Shown: positions 8,355 through 17,307 of the stretch, piece by piece
Numbering within the stretch: position 1 is the stretch's first letter
How the letters are laid out: each line of letters starts with the position of its first letter
Assembly: GCA_029936485.1 (NCBI GenBank)
Contig: JAPYSM010000001.1
Span: forward strand, 1 to 42,414
Direction of reading: 5' to 3'
Source of the DNA: Dehalococcoidia bacterium
GTDB lineage: Bacteria > Chloroflexota > Dehalococcoidia > Lucifugimonadales > Lucifugimonadaceae
Length of the DNA stretch: 42,414 bases
Notes under the pieces: model-generated
Seen by the model: the letters and a program-made list of their open reading frames with translations, nothing else
Database searches by the model: none
Told to the model about the DNA's origin: nothing
Translations under genes and position numbers: made by a program

Positions 8355-9605
8355 TCACACCAGCAGGCTGACCGGGTTCTCAAGCAATCGTCGGATCTCG
8401 CCAAGGAATACGCCACCTTCCGCGCCATCGGTTACCCGGTGGTCGGCTGACAGGCTTGCCTTCATCATCTGTCGTATGACTATGTCCCCGTCTCGTACGA
8501 CGGGCTGCTGTGCGACGGCACCAACGGCAAGGATTGCCGATTGAGGAGGCACGATGATCGCCTGGAAGTTGTCCACGCCTAGCATCCCCATGTTTGAGAT
8601 GGAGAAAGTACCCGCGGTGTTTTCTTCCTGTGTCAACGCACCGCCTTCGCCTCGGACCCGGTTCGCCAGGTCCTTTGTGGCGGCAGAAATCTCAAGCAGG
8701 CTCATGTTCTGGGTTCGGAGGATGGCAGGAACCATCAGGCCGACTTCTAGAGCTATTGCGACACCGATGTTGATGTCGGCATGGCTGATCAGGTGATCGA
8801 CCGCAAAGGTGGTGTTGAATTTGGGGTATTTAGTGATCGCCTTGACGCATGCACGGACGATCATGTCGTTCACGCTAATACGAGGGCCGGCATCGCCGAT
8901 CTCCTCGTTCAACCCTTGGCGCATCGACATCGCAGATGTCATGTCGATCGATAGGTCAATGTAGTAGTGCGGGTTTTCGGTCTTGCTTCGCACGGTTACG
9001 CGCGCGATCGCCTGTCGCATGGTGGAAAGTGGAATGTCTTCCCCGTTGAGCGTGACCGGCAAGATGGTAGACGGTTTTACGGCGGTGGAGGCCGCAACGG
9101 CTGGAGTCGCAGACAGAATACCTGGATAACCCTCGACGTCTGAACGTGTGATCCTGCCGCCTGGGCCTGTGCCGGTCACGGTCGTAAGGTCGATGCCAAG
9201 CTCAGTTGCGATCTTCCGTGCCACTGGTGACGCCTTGATGCGACCGGTCGCGACGAGAGCCTCAGTTGGTGCGACAGGGGCCCGCACGAAGGCAGGTTCC
9301 TCAGGAATCGATGCTACCGCTCTGATCGCGCTATCGCTGCCGTCCGGCACATCAGGAATCTCGTCATCCGCGTCGCCAAGGTAGGCAATCAGATCGCCCA
9401 CCGGCACCATAACGCCTTCGTCCACGACGATCTTGCGCAGAAGGCCTGATCCGTACGCCTCCATCTCGACGACGGTTTTGTCCGTCTCGATCTCGGCGAG
9501 AATATCTCCACGAGAAATTTCATCGCCCTCTGACTTGAGCCATTTGACGACGATGCCTTCGGTCATGTCGGCGCCCATGGCCGGCATTACGACTTCGGTA
9601 ATCAA
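8355..9605 (-). CDS. pdhC: Dihydrolipoamide acyltransferase, E2 component of a 2-oxoacid (pyruvate-type) dehydrogenase complex
   Basis: Lipoyl-lysine motif EIETDKTVVEME, E3/E1-binding domain ASPVARKIATELGIDL, catalytic DHRVTDGAEG. TTG start. Confidence 0.9.
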   Translation of the reverse strand: MITEVVMPAMGADMTEGIVVKWLKSEGDEISRGDILAEIETDKTVVEMEAYGSGLLRKIVVDEGVMVPVGDLIAYLGDADDEIPDVPDGSDSAIRAVASIPEEPAFVRAPVAPTEALVATGRIKASPVARKIATELGIDLTTVTGTGPGGRITRSDVEGYPGILSATPAVAASTAVKPSTILPVTLNGEDIPLSTMRQAIARVTVRSKTENPHYYIDLSIDMTSAMSMRQGLNEEIGDAGPRISVNDMIVRACVKAITKYPKFNTTFAVDHLISHADINIGVAIALEVGLMVPAILRTQNMSLLEISAATKDLANRVRGEGGALTQEENTAGTFSISNMGMLGVDNFQAIIVPPQSAILAVGAVAQQPVVRDGDIVIRQMMKASLSADHRVTDGAEGGVFLGEIRRLLENPVSLLV

Positions 9606-9670
9606 TCCGGGGACCCTTTACTAAACATTAGGTGCGGGTGCGCTACGTATGTCGATGGTATCTGGCCTGT

Positions 9671-10648
9671 TTAAATGCCGTATGTTTTTTCGATTTCGTC
9701 GATCACCCACGCGACCTGGGGAATGCCCAGCTGCTCAAGCGGGCGTGAGTAGGGAGAGGGAGTATCTGTGCCGCCTACCCTTGCCACCGGACCGTCAAGA
9801 TAGTCCGAACTTCTATAGCCGATCTCGGCCGCGAGCTCTGCGCCAAAGCCAGCCGTACGCCAGTTCTCGTCCAGGACTAGCGCCCTGCCCGTCTTCTCGA
9901 CAGACTCGATAACCGTTTCCATGTCCAGCGGCCGCAATGACCTGAGGTCCACAACCTCAGCGCTAACTCCGGTCTCGGCGAGTTTCTCGGCCGCTGCCAT
10001 CAAGGTGACTATTCCGTGCGCCCAGCCGACAAGCGTTATATCAGTTCCGGTCCGTTTCACATCGGCGACGCCTATAGGGACAAGATATTCCCCGTCCGGG
10101 ACATCGCCCCTTGTCGCGTAGAGTAGAGCGTTTTCGGCGAATACAACTGGGTTGTCGTCTTCGATCGAACTTCGGAGAAGGCCCAGCGCATCGTACGGCG
10201 TGGATGGCGTGACGACCTTCAGGCCCGGAACCGATGCGTACCAGTTCTCGAACGATTGAGAATGTGTCGCCGCTAGCTGGACGCCACCGCCGGTCGGTGC
10301 CCGAAGGACCAGCGGCACCTTTAGCTGTCCGCCGGACATATATCGAATCTTAGCAGCCATGTTTACGATCTGGTCGGATGCCACGAGCGAGAAGCTCATC
10401 GACATCAGCTCGACCACAGGTCGTAGCCCCGCGACAGCGGCCCCGACTCCGGCCCCGACAAAGGCGGCTTCAGATATAGGCGTGTCCCGAACACGGTCTG
10501 GTCCGTACTTCTCAAGGAGACCCTGAGTAACGGCGTACGCACCGTCGTACTTGCCGATGTCTTCGCCCATCAGGAAAACATTGGGGTCAGCGTCTAGAGC
10601 CTCCCGTAATCCTCGTTGTAGGGCCTGTCTGAACGTAATTTCAGTCAT
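9671..10648 (-). CDS. pdhB: 2-oxoacid dehydrogenase E1 component, beta subunit
   Basis: 325 aa. The N-terminus MTEITFRQALQRGLREAL...FLMGEDIGKYDGAYAVTQGL is typical of E1 beta, and the Pyr and C-terminal domains are transketolase-like. Confidence 0.9.
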   Translation of the reverse strand: MTEITFRQALQRGLREALDADPNVFLMGEDIGKYDGAYAVTQGLLEKYGPDRVRDTPISEAAFVGAGVGAAVAGLRPVVELMSMSFSLVASDQIVNMAAKIRYMSGGQLKVPLVLRAPTGGGVQLAATHSQSFENWYASVPGLKVVTPSTPYDALGLLRSSIEDDNPVVFAENALLYATRGDVPDGEYLVPIGVADVKRTGTDITLVGWAHGIVTLMAAAEKLAETGVSAEVVDLRSLRPLDMETVIESVEKTGRALVLDENWRTAGFGAELAAEIGYRSSDYLDGPVARVGGTDTPSPYSRPLEQLGIPQVAWVIDEIEKTYGI

Positions 10649-10683
10649 GCATCAATCCCGCCATCTCGAAAAGGACGGCGATA

Positions 10684-11607
10684 TTAGGCGTAAATATCGG
10701 TGAAAAGTTCTTCGTCCGGCGGGAACGGGCTGTCCTCGGCAAACTTGATCGCGACAACCACTTCGGCGTCAACGCTGGAACGAATCTCTTCCATTTCTGC
10801 CTCTGTAAACAGGTTTTGGTCAAGGAGATCACGCGGGAACGTGTTCAGAGGGTCACGCGCCTCCCAGGCCTCCGTTTCCAATCTATCCCGGTACTTCACA
10901 GGATCAGCCATTGAGTGTCCCTGAAAACGGAATGTCTTGGCTTCGATAAATGCGGGACCGTTGCCGGACCGGATGCTTTCGAGCGCAAGTTTCGTTGCTT
11001 CTTGCACGGCCATGACATCCATCCCATCCACCACCGCTGTGTGATCGATGCCGTAGGTTGCAGCGCCCGGGTAAAAATCTTCACCGCCGGCTCGCACTCG
11101 ATCGAACCTCGAGCCCATACCGTAAAGGTTGTTCTCGAGGAAAAACAGGATGGGAAGTTTCCAGACCGCGGCGAGATTCATGACCTCGTGATATGTGCCT
11201 TGGTTGGTGGAGCCATCCCCGAAAAATACGACACAAACACCGTCGCTCTTCCGGTACTGGTGGGACAGGGCGAGACCGGCAGCGAGGGGGAACTGCCCCC
11301 CGACGATCGCATGGCCGCCGATAAAGCCCTTCTCCGTGTCAAAAAGGTGCATCGAACCGCCTTTGCCTTTGCTCAGGCCGTCGATGCGACCAAACAGCTC
11401 AGCCATAACGCGATTGGGGTCAAGGCCACGCGCCAATGCGTGGCCGTGGTCACGGTAGTGCGTAACGATGTAGTCATGCGGTAGAAGCTGGGAGATCGCG
11501 CCGACCGCAATCGCTTCTTCTCCAATGTACAGATGTAGGAATCCGCGGACCTGGCCTCGAGTGTACATCTCACCGGAGGCCTCTTCAAATTGGCGAATCA
11601 GGTACAT
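10684..11607 (-). CDS. pdhA: 2-oxoacid dehydrogenase E1 component, alpha subunit (TPP-binding); true start probably upstream at 11694
   Basis: TPP motif GDGSTNQGTYHEVMNLAAVWKLPILFFLENNLYGMG. The conserved N-terminal helix ELAELYRQMYLIRQFEE extends upstream of the ATG at 11607 (see finding). Confidence 0.9.
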   Translation of the reverse strand: MYLIRQFEEASGEMYTRGQVRGFLHLYIGEEAIAVGAISQLLPHDYIVTHYRDHGHALARGLDPNRVMAELFGRIDGLSKGKGGSMHLFDTEKGFIGGHAIVGGQFPLAAGLALSHQYRKSDGVCVVFFGDGSTNQGTYHEVMNLAAVWKLPILFFLENNLYGMGSRFDRVRAGGEDFYPGAATYGIDHTAVVDGMDVMAVQEATKLALESIRSGNGPAFIEAKTFRFQGHSMADPVKYRDRLETEAWEARDPLNTFPRDLLDQNLFTEAEMEEIRSSVDAEVVVAIKFAEDSPFPPDEELFTDIYA

Positions 11608-11825
11608 CTGCCGATAAAGTTCGGCCAGTTCCTGTTTTCTTGCGCCTTCCTCCGAATCTGTTTCGGAAGACGCCTGTTCTTTACTCTGAACGATCTCTCA
11701 ACCTCCACGCCATGAACTTAAGTAGACCACTTTGTTTTGATGGGTCCGCGGCGGCGGCTATCTTACTATAGAACCCTCAATCTTCTCGAATGAATCGAGC
11801 GATTGACCTACGTCCCTTTTGTTCT

Positions 11826-12689
11826 TTATTTACGGGCGCCCTCGTCAACCAGGCGCGCCGCCTGCATAACGTTCTTCAACAGCATCGCGATAGTCATCGG
11901 TCCCACCCCGCCAGGCACAGGGGTCCGCATCGATGCCACGTCCCGCACGTCAAGTGCCATATCTCCGGCGAGCCGCCATCCGCGCTCCCGTGACGGATCA
12001 TCTACCCGCACGGTTCCGACATCTATGACGACTGCGCCGTATTTAACCATCTCTTTCGTGATCAGTCCGGGCACACCCATGGCAGTGACCAGGATGTCCG
12101 CCTGTCTGGTAAACGATCCCAGATCTGCCGTCCGGGAGTGGCAGACAGTTACGGTGGCATCGCCTCCCTGTCCTCGTCTCAATAGCAGCGCCGCGAGCGG
12201 GCGCCCAACGATGTTGCTTCGTCCGCATATCACAACGTGTTTACCACTGGTGTCCACGCCTTCTTCCGCTAGCAACCTCAAGATTCCGCTCGGAGTCGCC
12301 GGAGCAAGTCGCGGTGCACCCCCTAACAAAAGACCCATGTTGAAAGGATGTAGGCCGTCAACGTCTTTATTCGGGTCAATAGCGTGCAACACGGTGTCTT
12401 CGTCGATGTGATCTGGCAACGGCAACTGCACCAAGAAACCGGTAATCCGGTCGTCAGAGTTCAGTTCGGAGATCACTTCAAGCAACTCATTTTGGGTCAC
12501 GTCCGCCGCCAGTTTCCGTGTCTCAGAGTGGATCCCGACTTCTACCGACGCCCGCTCTTTCCCGCGCACGTATGTCGCCGAAGCCGGATCCGCCCCTACC
12601 AGCACTACGGCTAATGCGGGCCGGCGATTACCTGCGAAAACCCACTCTTCAACCTCTCGGGCGACCTCGTTACGAACCTTCTCCGCCAC
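11826..12689 (-). CDS. folD: Bifunctional methylenetetrahydrofolate dehydrogenase/cyclohydrolase FolD; true start probably upstream at 12719
   Basis: Motifs ATYVRGKERA, CGRSNIVGRPLA and PGGVGPMTIAMLLKN. The conserved N-terminal IDGKAVA lies upstream of the GTG used by the ORF track (see finding). Confidence 0.95.
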   Translation of the reverse strand: MAEKVRNEVAREVEEWVFAGNRRPALAVVLVGADPASATYVRGKERASVEVGIHSETRKLAADVTQNELLEVISELNSDDRITGFLVQLPLPDHIDEDTVLHAIDPNKDVDGLHPFNMGLLLGGAPRLAPATPSGILRLLAEEGVDTSGKHVVICGRSNIVGRPLAALLLRRGQGGDATVTVCHSRTADLGSFTRQADILVTAMGVPGLITKEMVKYGAVVIDVGTVRVDDPSRERGWRLAGDMALDVRDVASMRTPVPGGVGPMTIAMLLKNVMQAARLVDEGARK

Positions 12690-12998
12690 GGCCTTCCCGT
12701 CGATGCGTTTAGCGCGGATGAGGACTCTCCTGAAGATTAGATATGAGGAATGTTCTGTGATTGTTGGGCGTTATGTTCGCACCGAAAATTCATCGTGATG
12801 TCAACTTGATAGAGGTTATCACCGGGGCGACGGATAGGATCGGTTTTCATCAGGGATAAGATGAGACCTCGGTAGGAGGAGAACGTTGCGGCCCATATAA
12901 TCGGCCCGTCGCCTCATCACTATCCCGCGGGCCGCAATCTTTTACGGACGGGAAATGGACATCAGGGTTCGCCACTACCGGGCCCGGGAGAACACAGT

Positions 12999-13397
12999 TT
13001 GTACGTCGGCGTGGACTTAATCGAGATCGAGCGGATTGGACTCACCTACTCCCGGTATCCACGCCGATTCTTGGAGAAGATATACACGCCCGCAGAGCGG
13101 GCCTATTGCAGGGGCAGGGCGCCCCAACTGGCCAGCCGATTTGCAGCGAAAGAGGCGGTGATGAAGGCACTAGGAACTGGCGTCCGTGGAGTTAGCTGGC
13201 GTGACATAGAAGTTCAGCGCAAACGCGGCCGTGCGCCGGAGATTGTGCTGCATGATCGGGCGAGGGCGCGTGCGAAGAGTATGGGAATTGTACGGATAGC
13301 CGTCAGTCTCTCCCACTCCCGCGAGTTTGCCATAGCCAGCGTCGTGGCCCAGACCGCCGATTCACCCGGCCCGGAGGGAAGGACGGCGCAGGATTGA
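12999..13397 (+). CDS. acpS: Holo-ACP synthase (4'-phosphopantetheinyl transferase)
   Basis: MYVGVDLIEIERI... and FAAKEAVMKALG motifs. TTG start with GGGAG 8 nt upstream. Confidence 0.9.
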   Translation: MYVGVDLIEIERIGLTYSRYPRRFLEKIYTPAERAYCRGRAPQLASRFAAKEAVMKALGTGVRGVSWRDIEVQRKRGRAPEIVLHDRARARAKSMGIVRIAVSLSHSREFAIASVVAQTADSPGPEGRTAQD

Positions 13398-14926
13398 AGG
13401 TAGTCACAACTCGGCAAATGCGGGAGCTTGAACAGGCGTCAGTCCGGGCAGGAGTATCGCTGGACGCCCTGATGGAGAACGCCGGGCTCGCGATAGCCGA
13501 AGCGTTACGCGACCGGCTGCCCGCATCTGCAACAGGTCCGACCCTGATTCTCATAGGTCCGGGTAATAACGGGTCTGACGGACTCGTCGCCGCCCGGCAT
13601 CTCGCGTCCAGTGGAATTGACGTAACCGCCTACCTGTTGATGATTCGCTGCGCTGAAGACAAAAAACTTGATCTTGCGGCCGCCGCCGGGGTGAAGGTGG
13701 TTCACGAATTCGAAGACGACGATCATTCATTGCTTATTGAAACGGTTTCGGAAGCGCTTGTGATCGTGGACGCGGTTTTGGGGACAGGGTGTGGCCGTCC
13801 GATTGAGCCACCGTTATCTGATCTTCTTCGTACTGTGCGAGATAACGCGAAAGCGCCGATAATCGCCGTGGATATAGCAACGGGGATGTCGACCGACACC
13901 GGGAACATGGACCCCAACGGACTGGGCGCCAGCGAAACACTTGTGCTTGGCCGGCCGAAGATAGGCCATTTCCTGGAACCGAGCGGCGCACCTCGGCGGT
14001 ACCTTGACATCGGCATTCCTGAGGGACTGGATGACGAGATCCAGACGGAACTTATGACCAGATCTTTGATGGGCAGGGTGGTCCCGGATCGAACTCCCCA
14101 ATCGAATAAAGGTACCTTCGGTCGGGCGCTCATCGTCGCTGGGTCAGAGAATTACGTCGGAGCGGCATATCTATGCAGCGCGGCCGCCGGGAGGTCCGGA
14201 GCAGGCCTTGTGACGTTGGCGCTACCGGACACGATTTACCCTCTCATCGCTTCCCGTCTCGCCGAGGCCACCTATATTCCTTTGGTCGAGCACAGCAGAA
14301 ACGTTATCGACTCTCACTTTGCCGCTGTACAGGTCACAGACGCCTCTCGCAGCGCATCATCACTGTTAATCGGTCCTGGCCTCGGCCAGACACCCTCGGC
14401 AGTTGAATTCGTTCGTGCGGTATTGCTGGACCGGCGCGAAGGGCCAAGCCTGGTTATCGATGCGGACGCGCTCAACTCACTTGCGTCAGTCGATTATTGG
14501 CAGGAACGAATTCAGGGCCCGGCAATCCTGACGCCCCATCCTGGCGAAATGGCACGGCTCCGGGGCTCAACCGTTCCCGAGGTAGAACGTGATCGTGTTC
14601 ATACCGCACAATCTGCTGCCGAAACGTGGCGGCATATCGTGGTGCTCAAGGGCGCCTGTACGGTTGTTGCCCATCCGGATGGACGAACGGCGATCAGTCC
14701 TTGGGTCAACCCGGGAATGGCGACCGGCGGAACAGGCGATGTGCTCGCCGGTCTGATAGCCGGATTCCTAGCTCAGGGGATGGAACCATTTGACGCGGCG
14801 ACGCTAGGCGTTTATGCCCACGGACTGGCTGGCGAGGTCGCAAAAAGGAGAGTTGGTGAAGTGTCGATGGTGGCTGGTGACGTATTGGAGTCGCTACCGG
14901 CGGCACTCAAAAAGATATCGGACTGA
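13394..14926 (+). CDS. nnr: Bifunctional NAD(P)H-hydrate repair enzyme (YjeF_N epimerase plus ADP-dependent dehydratase)
   Basis: N-domain GPGNNGSDG and C-domain GTGDVLAG. The TTG start overlaps the acpS stop. Confidence 0.9.
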   Translation: MKVVTTRQMRELEQASVRAGVSLDALMENAGLAIAEALRDRLPASATGPTLILIGPGNNGSDGLVAARHLASSGIDVTAYLLMIRCAEDKKLDLAAAAGVKVVHEFEDDDHSLLIETVSEALVIVDAVLGTGCGRPIEPPLSDLLRTVRDNAKAPIIAVDIATGMSTDTGNMDPNGLGASETLVLGRPKIGHFLEPSGAPRRYLDIGIPEGLDDEIQTELMTRSLMGRVVPDRTPQSNKGTFGRALIVAGSENYVGAAYLCSAAAGRSGAGLVTLALPDTIYPLIASRLAEATYIPLVEHSRNVIDSHFAAVQVTDASRSASSLLIGPGLGQTPSAVEFVRAVLLDRREGPSLVIDADALNSLASVDYWQERIQGPAILTPHPGEMARLRGSTVPEVERDRVHTAQSAAETWRHIVVLKGACTVVAHPDGRTAISPWVNPGMATGGTGDVLAGLIAGFLAQGMEPFDAATLGVYAHGLAGEVAKRRVGEVSMVAGDVLESLPAALKKISD

Positions 14927-14966
14927 CGGTAAGTATCCGCCCTAGCGCTGATATCATCCCCATATC

Positions 14967-15755
14967 GTGGGAAAACTCCTCGCCGTCGACGTCGGCAATT
15001 CAAACGTCACAATCGGGGCATTCGAAGACGACCGCCTGATAGCAACCTGGCGATTCGCCACCGATGCACGCCGAACCGCGGACGAACACAACCTGTTGTT
15101 ACAGGGAATGTTGAGTTCAAAACACGTTTCGCCGTCCGATTTTCCGGCTTCGGTCATGTGCTCGGTTGTCCCGCCGCTGACCGGGGCCGTAACAACCGCT
15201 CTGACGGAGATGCTTGGCACTTCGCCGATGGTGGTCGGACCGGGCACTCGCACCGGGATAAAGATCAACTACAACCGGCCGCAGGATGTCGGCACAGACC
15301 GAATTGCTGACGCGGTGGCCGCTCACCGGTTGTACGGAGGCCCATGCATCATCGTGGACATTGGAACGGCGACGGTGTTCGATGCCATCGGCAAGGACGC
15401 CCAGTATCTGGGCGGCGCGATTGCACCCGGGATGACGCTTGCCGCAGAGGCTTTGTACCGTGGGACATCGCAGTTGCGGCGCGTCGATTTGCAGGCGCCC
15501 GAGAACGCCATCGGGCGTAACACGACGGACGCAATGCGTTCCGGTCTCGTGTTTGGTTACGTAGGGCTAGTGGAAGGCATGGTCAAGCGATTCGCCTCCG
15601 AACTCAGCCCTGACGATCCTTCGGCGTGCCGGGTTATAGGTACCGGCGGACTCGCAAAAATCGTGGCGGCACAATCGGATGTTCTTCAAGAGGTGAACGA
15701 AGACCTGACACTTGTAGGTCTACGGATGCTTCATGAGTTGAACAGCGGAGATTAG
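14967..15755 (+). CDS. coaX: Type III pantothenate kinase
   Basis: LLAVDVGNSNVTIG, DIGTATVFD and GTGGLA ASKHA-fold motifs. GTG start with no clear SD. Confidence 0.9.
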   Translation: MGKLLAVDVGNSNVTIGAFEDDRLIATWRFATDARRTADEHNLLLQGMLSSKHVSPSDFPASVMCSVVPPLTGAVTTALTEMLGTSPMVVGPGTRTGIKINYNRPQDVGTDRIADAVAAHRLYGGPCIIVDIGTATVFDAIGKDAQYLGGAIAPGMTLAAEALYRGTSQLRRVDLQAPENAIGRNTTDAMRSGLVFGYVGLVEGMVKRFASELSPDDPSACRVIGTGGLAKIVAAQSDVLQEVNEDLTLVGLRMLHELNSGD

Positions 15756-15757
15756 CC

Positions 15758-16957
15758 GTGACGACAATACTTGACGGCAAGTCGATCGTTCTCGGAGTTA
15801 CCGGCAGCATCGCCGCGTTCAAGGCCGTCGATCTTGCAAGCAAACTCACCCAGGCCGGAGCGTCGGTAGATGTGGTGCTCACGCGCTCCGCCCAGGAGTT
15901 CGTTGGCGTCGCCACCTTTACTGGGCTGACCCACAGGCCCGTTTCCACGGGACTTTACGAGTCGAACTCCGAGCTTGGCATCGACCATGTGGCCCTGGCC
16001 CGCCGAGCCGATCTGATTTTGATAGCGCCGGCAACGGCGAACGTGATGGCGAAGCTCGCCCACGGAATAACCGACGATGTTTTGACTGCGACGATACTCG
16101 CCGGTTCGCAGCCGTTGGCGATCGCGCCCGCGATGGACGCCGACATGTACGGCGCAGCTGCGACGCAGGCCAACGTGGCGACGCTCAAAGAACGCGGTGT
16201 TCACTTCATCGGCCCCGAATCGGGACGACTGGCGTCGGGACTGGTCGGTAACGGACGCATGACGGAGGTCCCGGATATCATCGGTCATATACGGGCGCTG
16301 CTTGGACGGGACGGCGACATGTCCGGTCGTCGCGTGGTCGTATCCGCAGGCGGCACCGAGGAGGCGATAGACCCGGTTCGGGTGCTGACCAATCGTTCTA
16401 CCGGCAAGATGGGCTATGCCATCGCAGAAGCGGCAAGAGATCGCGGAGCGAAGGTCACGCTGATAAGTGCGCCGTCGTCGTTGCCCCGCCCCGCCTGTGT
16501 GACCTTGTTGCCGGTTTCAACTGCTATCGAAATGCGGGACGCAGTTCAGACCGCGAGCGCCGACGCCGATCTACTGGTGATGGCAGCCGCGGTGAGCGAT
16601 TACCGGCCCGCAAACCCGGCCGGTCAGAAAATCAAAAAGACCGGCGAGGATCCGCTCAGTATCGATCTGATCCAGAACCCGGACATACTCGCCGGGGTCA
16701 GCGGAAAACACCTGATCAAGGTGGCTTTCGCCGCCGAGACGAACGATCTCATAGAGAACGCCGACGCCAAGGTGCTTTCAAAAGGCGTTGATATGGTGGT
16801 CGCCAACGACGTTTCGGCCGCCGATTCCGGGTTCGGCACGGACACCAACGCCGTGACATTTGTCTATCCGGGCCGCGAGCCGGAGCCGATGCCTCTCATG
16901 GACAAGCTGGACGTCGGCAACGCCCTGTTGGACCGGGCGCTTCCGCTACTCAAATAA
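15758..16957 (+). CDS. coaBC: Bifunctional phosphopantothenoylcysteine decarboxylase / phosphopantothenate-cysteine ligase
   Basis: Flavoprotein N-domain VTGSIAAFK...PAMDADMY and C-domain SAGGTEEAIDPVRVLTNRSTGKMG. GTG start with GGAG 7 nt upstream. Confidence 0.95.
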   Translation: MTTILDGKSIVLGVTGSIAAFKAVDLASKLTQAGASVDVVLTRSAQEFVGVATFTGLTHRPVSTGLYESNSELGIDHVALARRADLILIAPATANVMAKLAHGITDDVLTATILAGSQPLAIAPAMDADMYGAAATQANVATLKERGVHFIGPESGRLASGLVGNGRMTEVPDIIGHIRALLGRDGDMSGRRVVVSAGGTEEAIDPVRVLTNRSTGKMGYAIAEAARDRGAKVTLISAPSSLPRPACVTLLPVSTAIEMRDAVQTASADADLLVMAAAVSDYRPANPAGQKIKKTGEDPLSIDLIQNPDILAGVSGKHLIKVAFAAETNDLIENADAKVLSKGVDMVVANDVSAADSGFGTDTNAVTFVYPGREPEPMPLMDKLDVGNALLDRALPLLK

Positions 16958-16996
16958 CAGCCACATCAAGACACGACGCAGGAGTTAATTCACACG

Positions 16997-17263
16997 ATGC
17001 GAATGTACTGGAAAGAGCACCCGAAAGGTCTCGACCTGACCCTTCTCATGGACGACGGCCAGGAAGTCAGTCTGGGCGGCGTTCGATCAATGAAACGCGG
17101 CATTCAGGCAATTGCTGCAACACGTGGCTACGATCCCGGCCGCGCAGTAAAAGGTCTGGCGTCCTTGGACGAGGGCAAAGAGTTTGTGCTCGGTTTTCAG
17201 CCTTGGCGCGAGTACGTGCCGAATGAACTGGAAGTAGAGCCGGAGATCGTAAAAGCGGAGTAA
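16997..17263 (+). CDS. Hypothetical 88-aa protein
   Basis: ORF in the same orientation as its neighbours and between them, with GGAG upstream. No recognisable motif. Confidence 0.4.
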   Translation: MRMYWKEHPKGLDLTLLMDDGQEVSLGGVRSMKRGIQAIAATRGYDPGRAVKGLASLDEGKEFVLGFQPWREYVPNELEVEPEIVKAE

Positions 17264-17268
17264 TTCGA

Positions 17269-17282
17269 CACGTAAATACGTG
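17269..17282. promoter_or_regulatory. 14-bp palindrome CACGTA-AA-TACGTG just upstream of kbl
   Basis: Perfect 6-bp inverted repeat with a 2-nt spacer, 26 nt upstream of the likely kbl start. The spacer is too short for an RNA hairpin, so it is more likely a protein-binding site. Confidence 0.3.
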
Positions 17283-17307
17283 AATATTGGGGCCAGGGAG
17301 CACACAT

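Noticed and set aside
11803-12411. 202-aa plus-strand ORF overlapping folD
   Set aside because: Antisense to folD. The composition is Ser/Thr/Pro/Arg-rich. The apparent TTGACC near 11803 has no supported downstream gene.
12720-12998. Possible ZTP (pfl) or THF riboswitch upstream of folD, and promoter elements in the folD/acpS divergent region
   Set aside because: Neither the conserved ZTP core (CCGCCUGGGC-type) nor the THF motif is present. A perfect TTGACA (12804..12799, minus strand) lacks a convincing -10, and a TATAAT (12896..12901, plus strand) lacks a -35. Neither was called.
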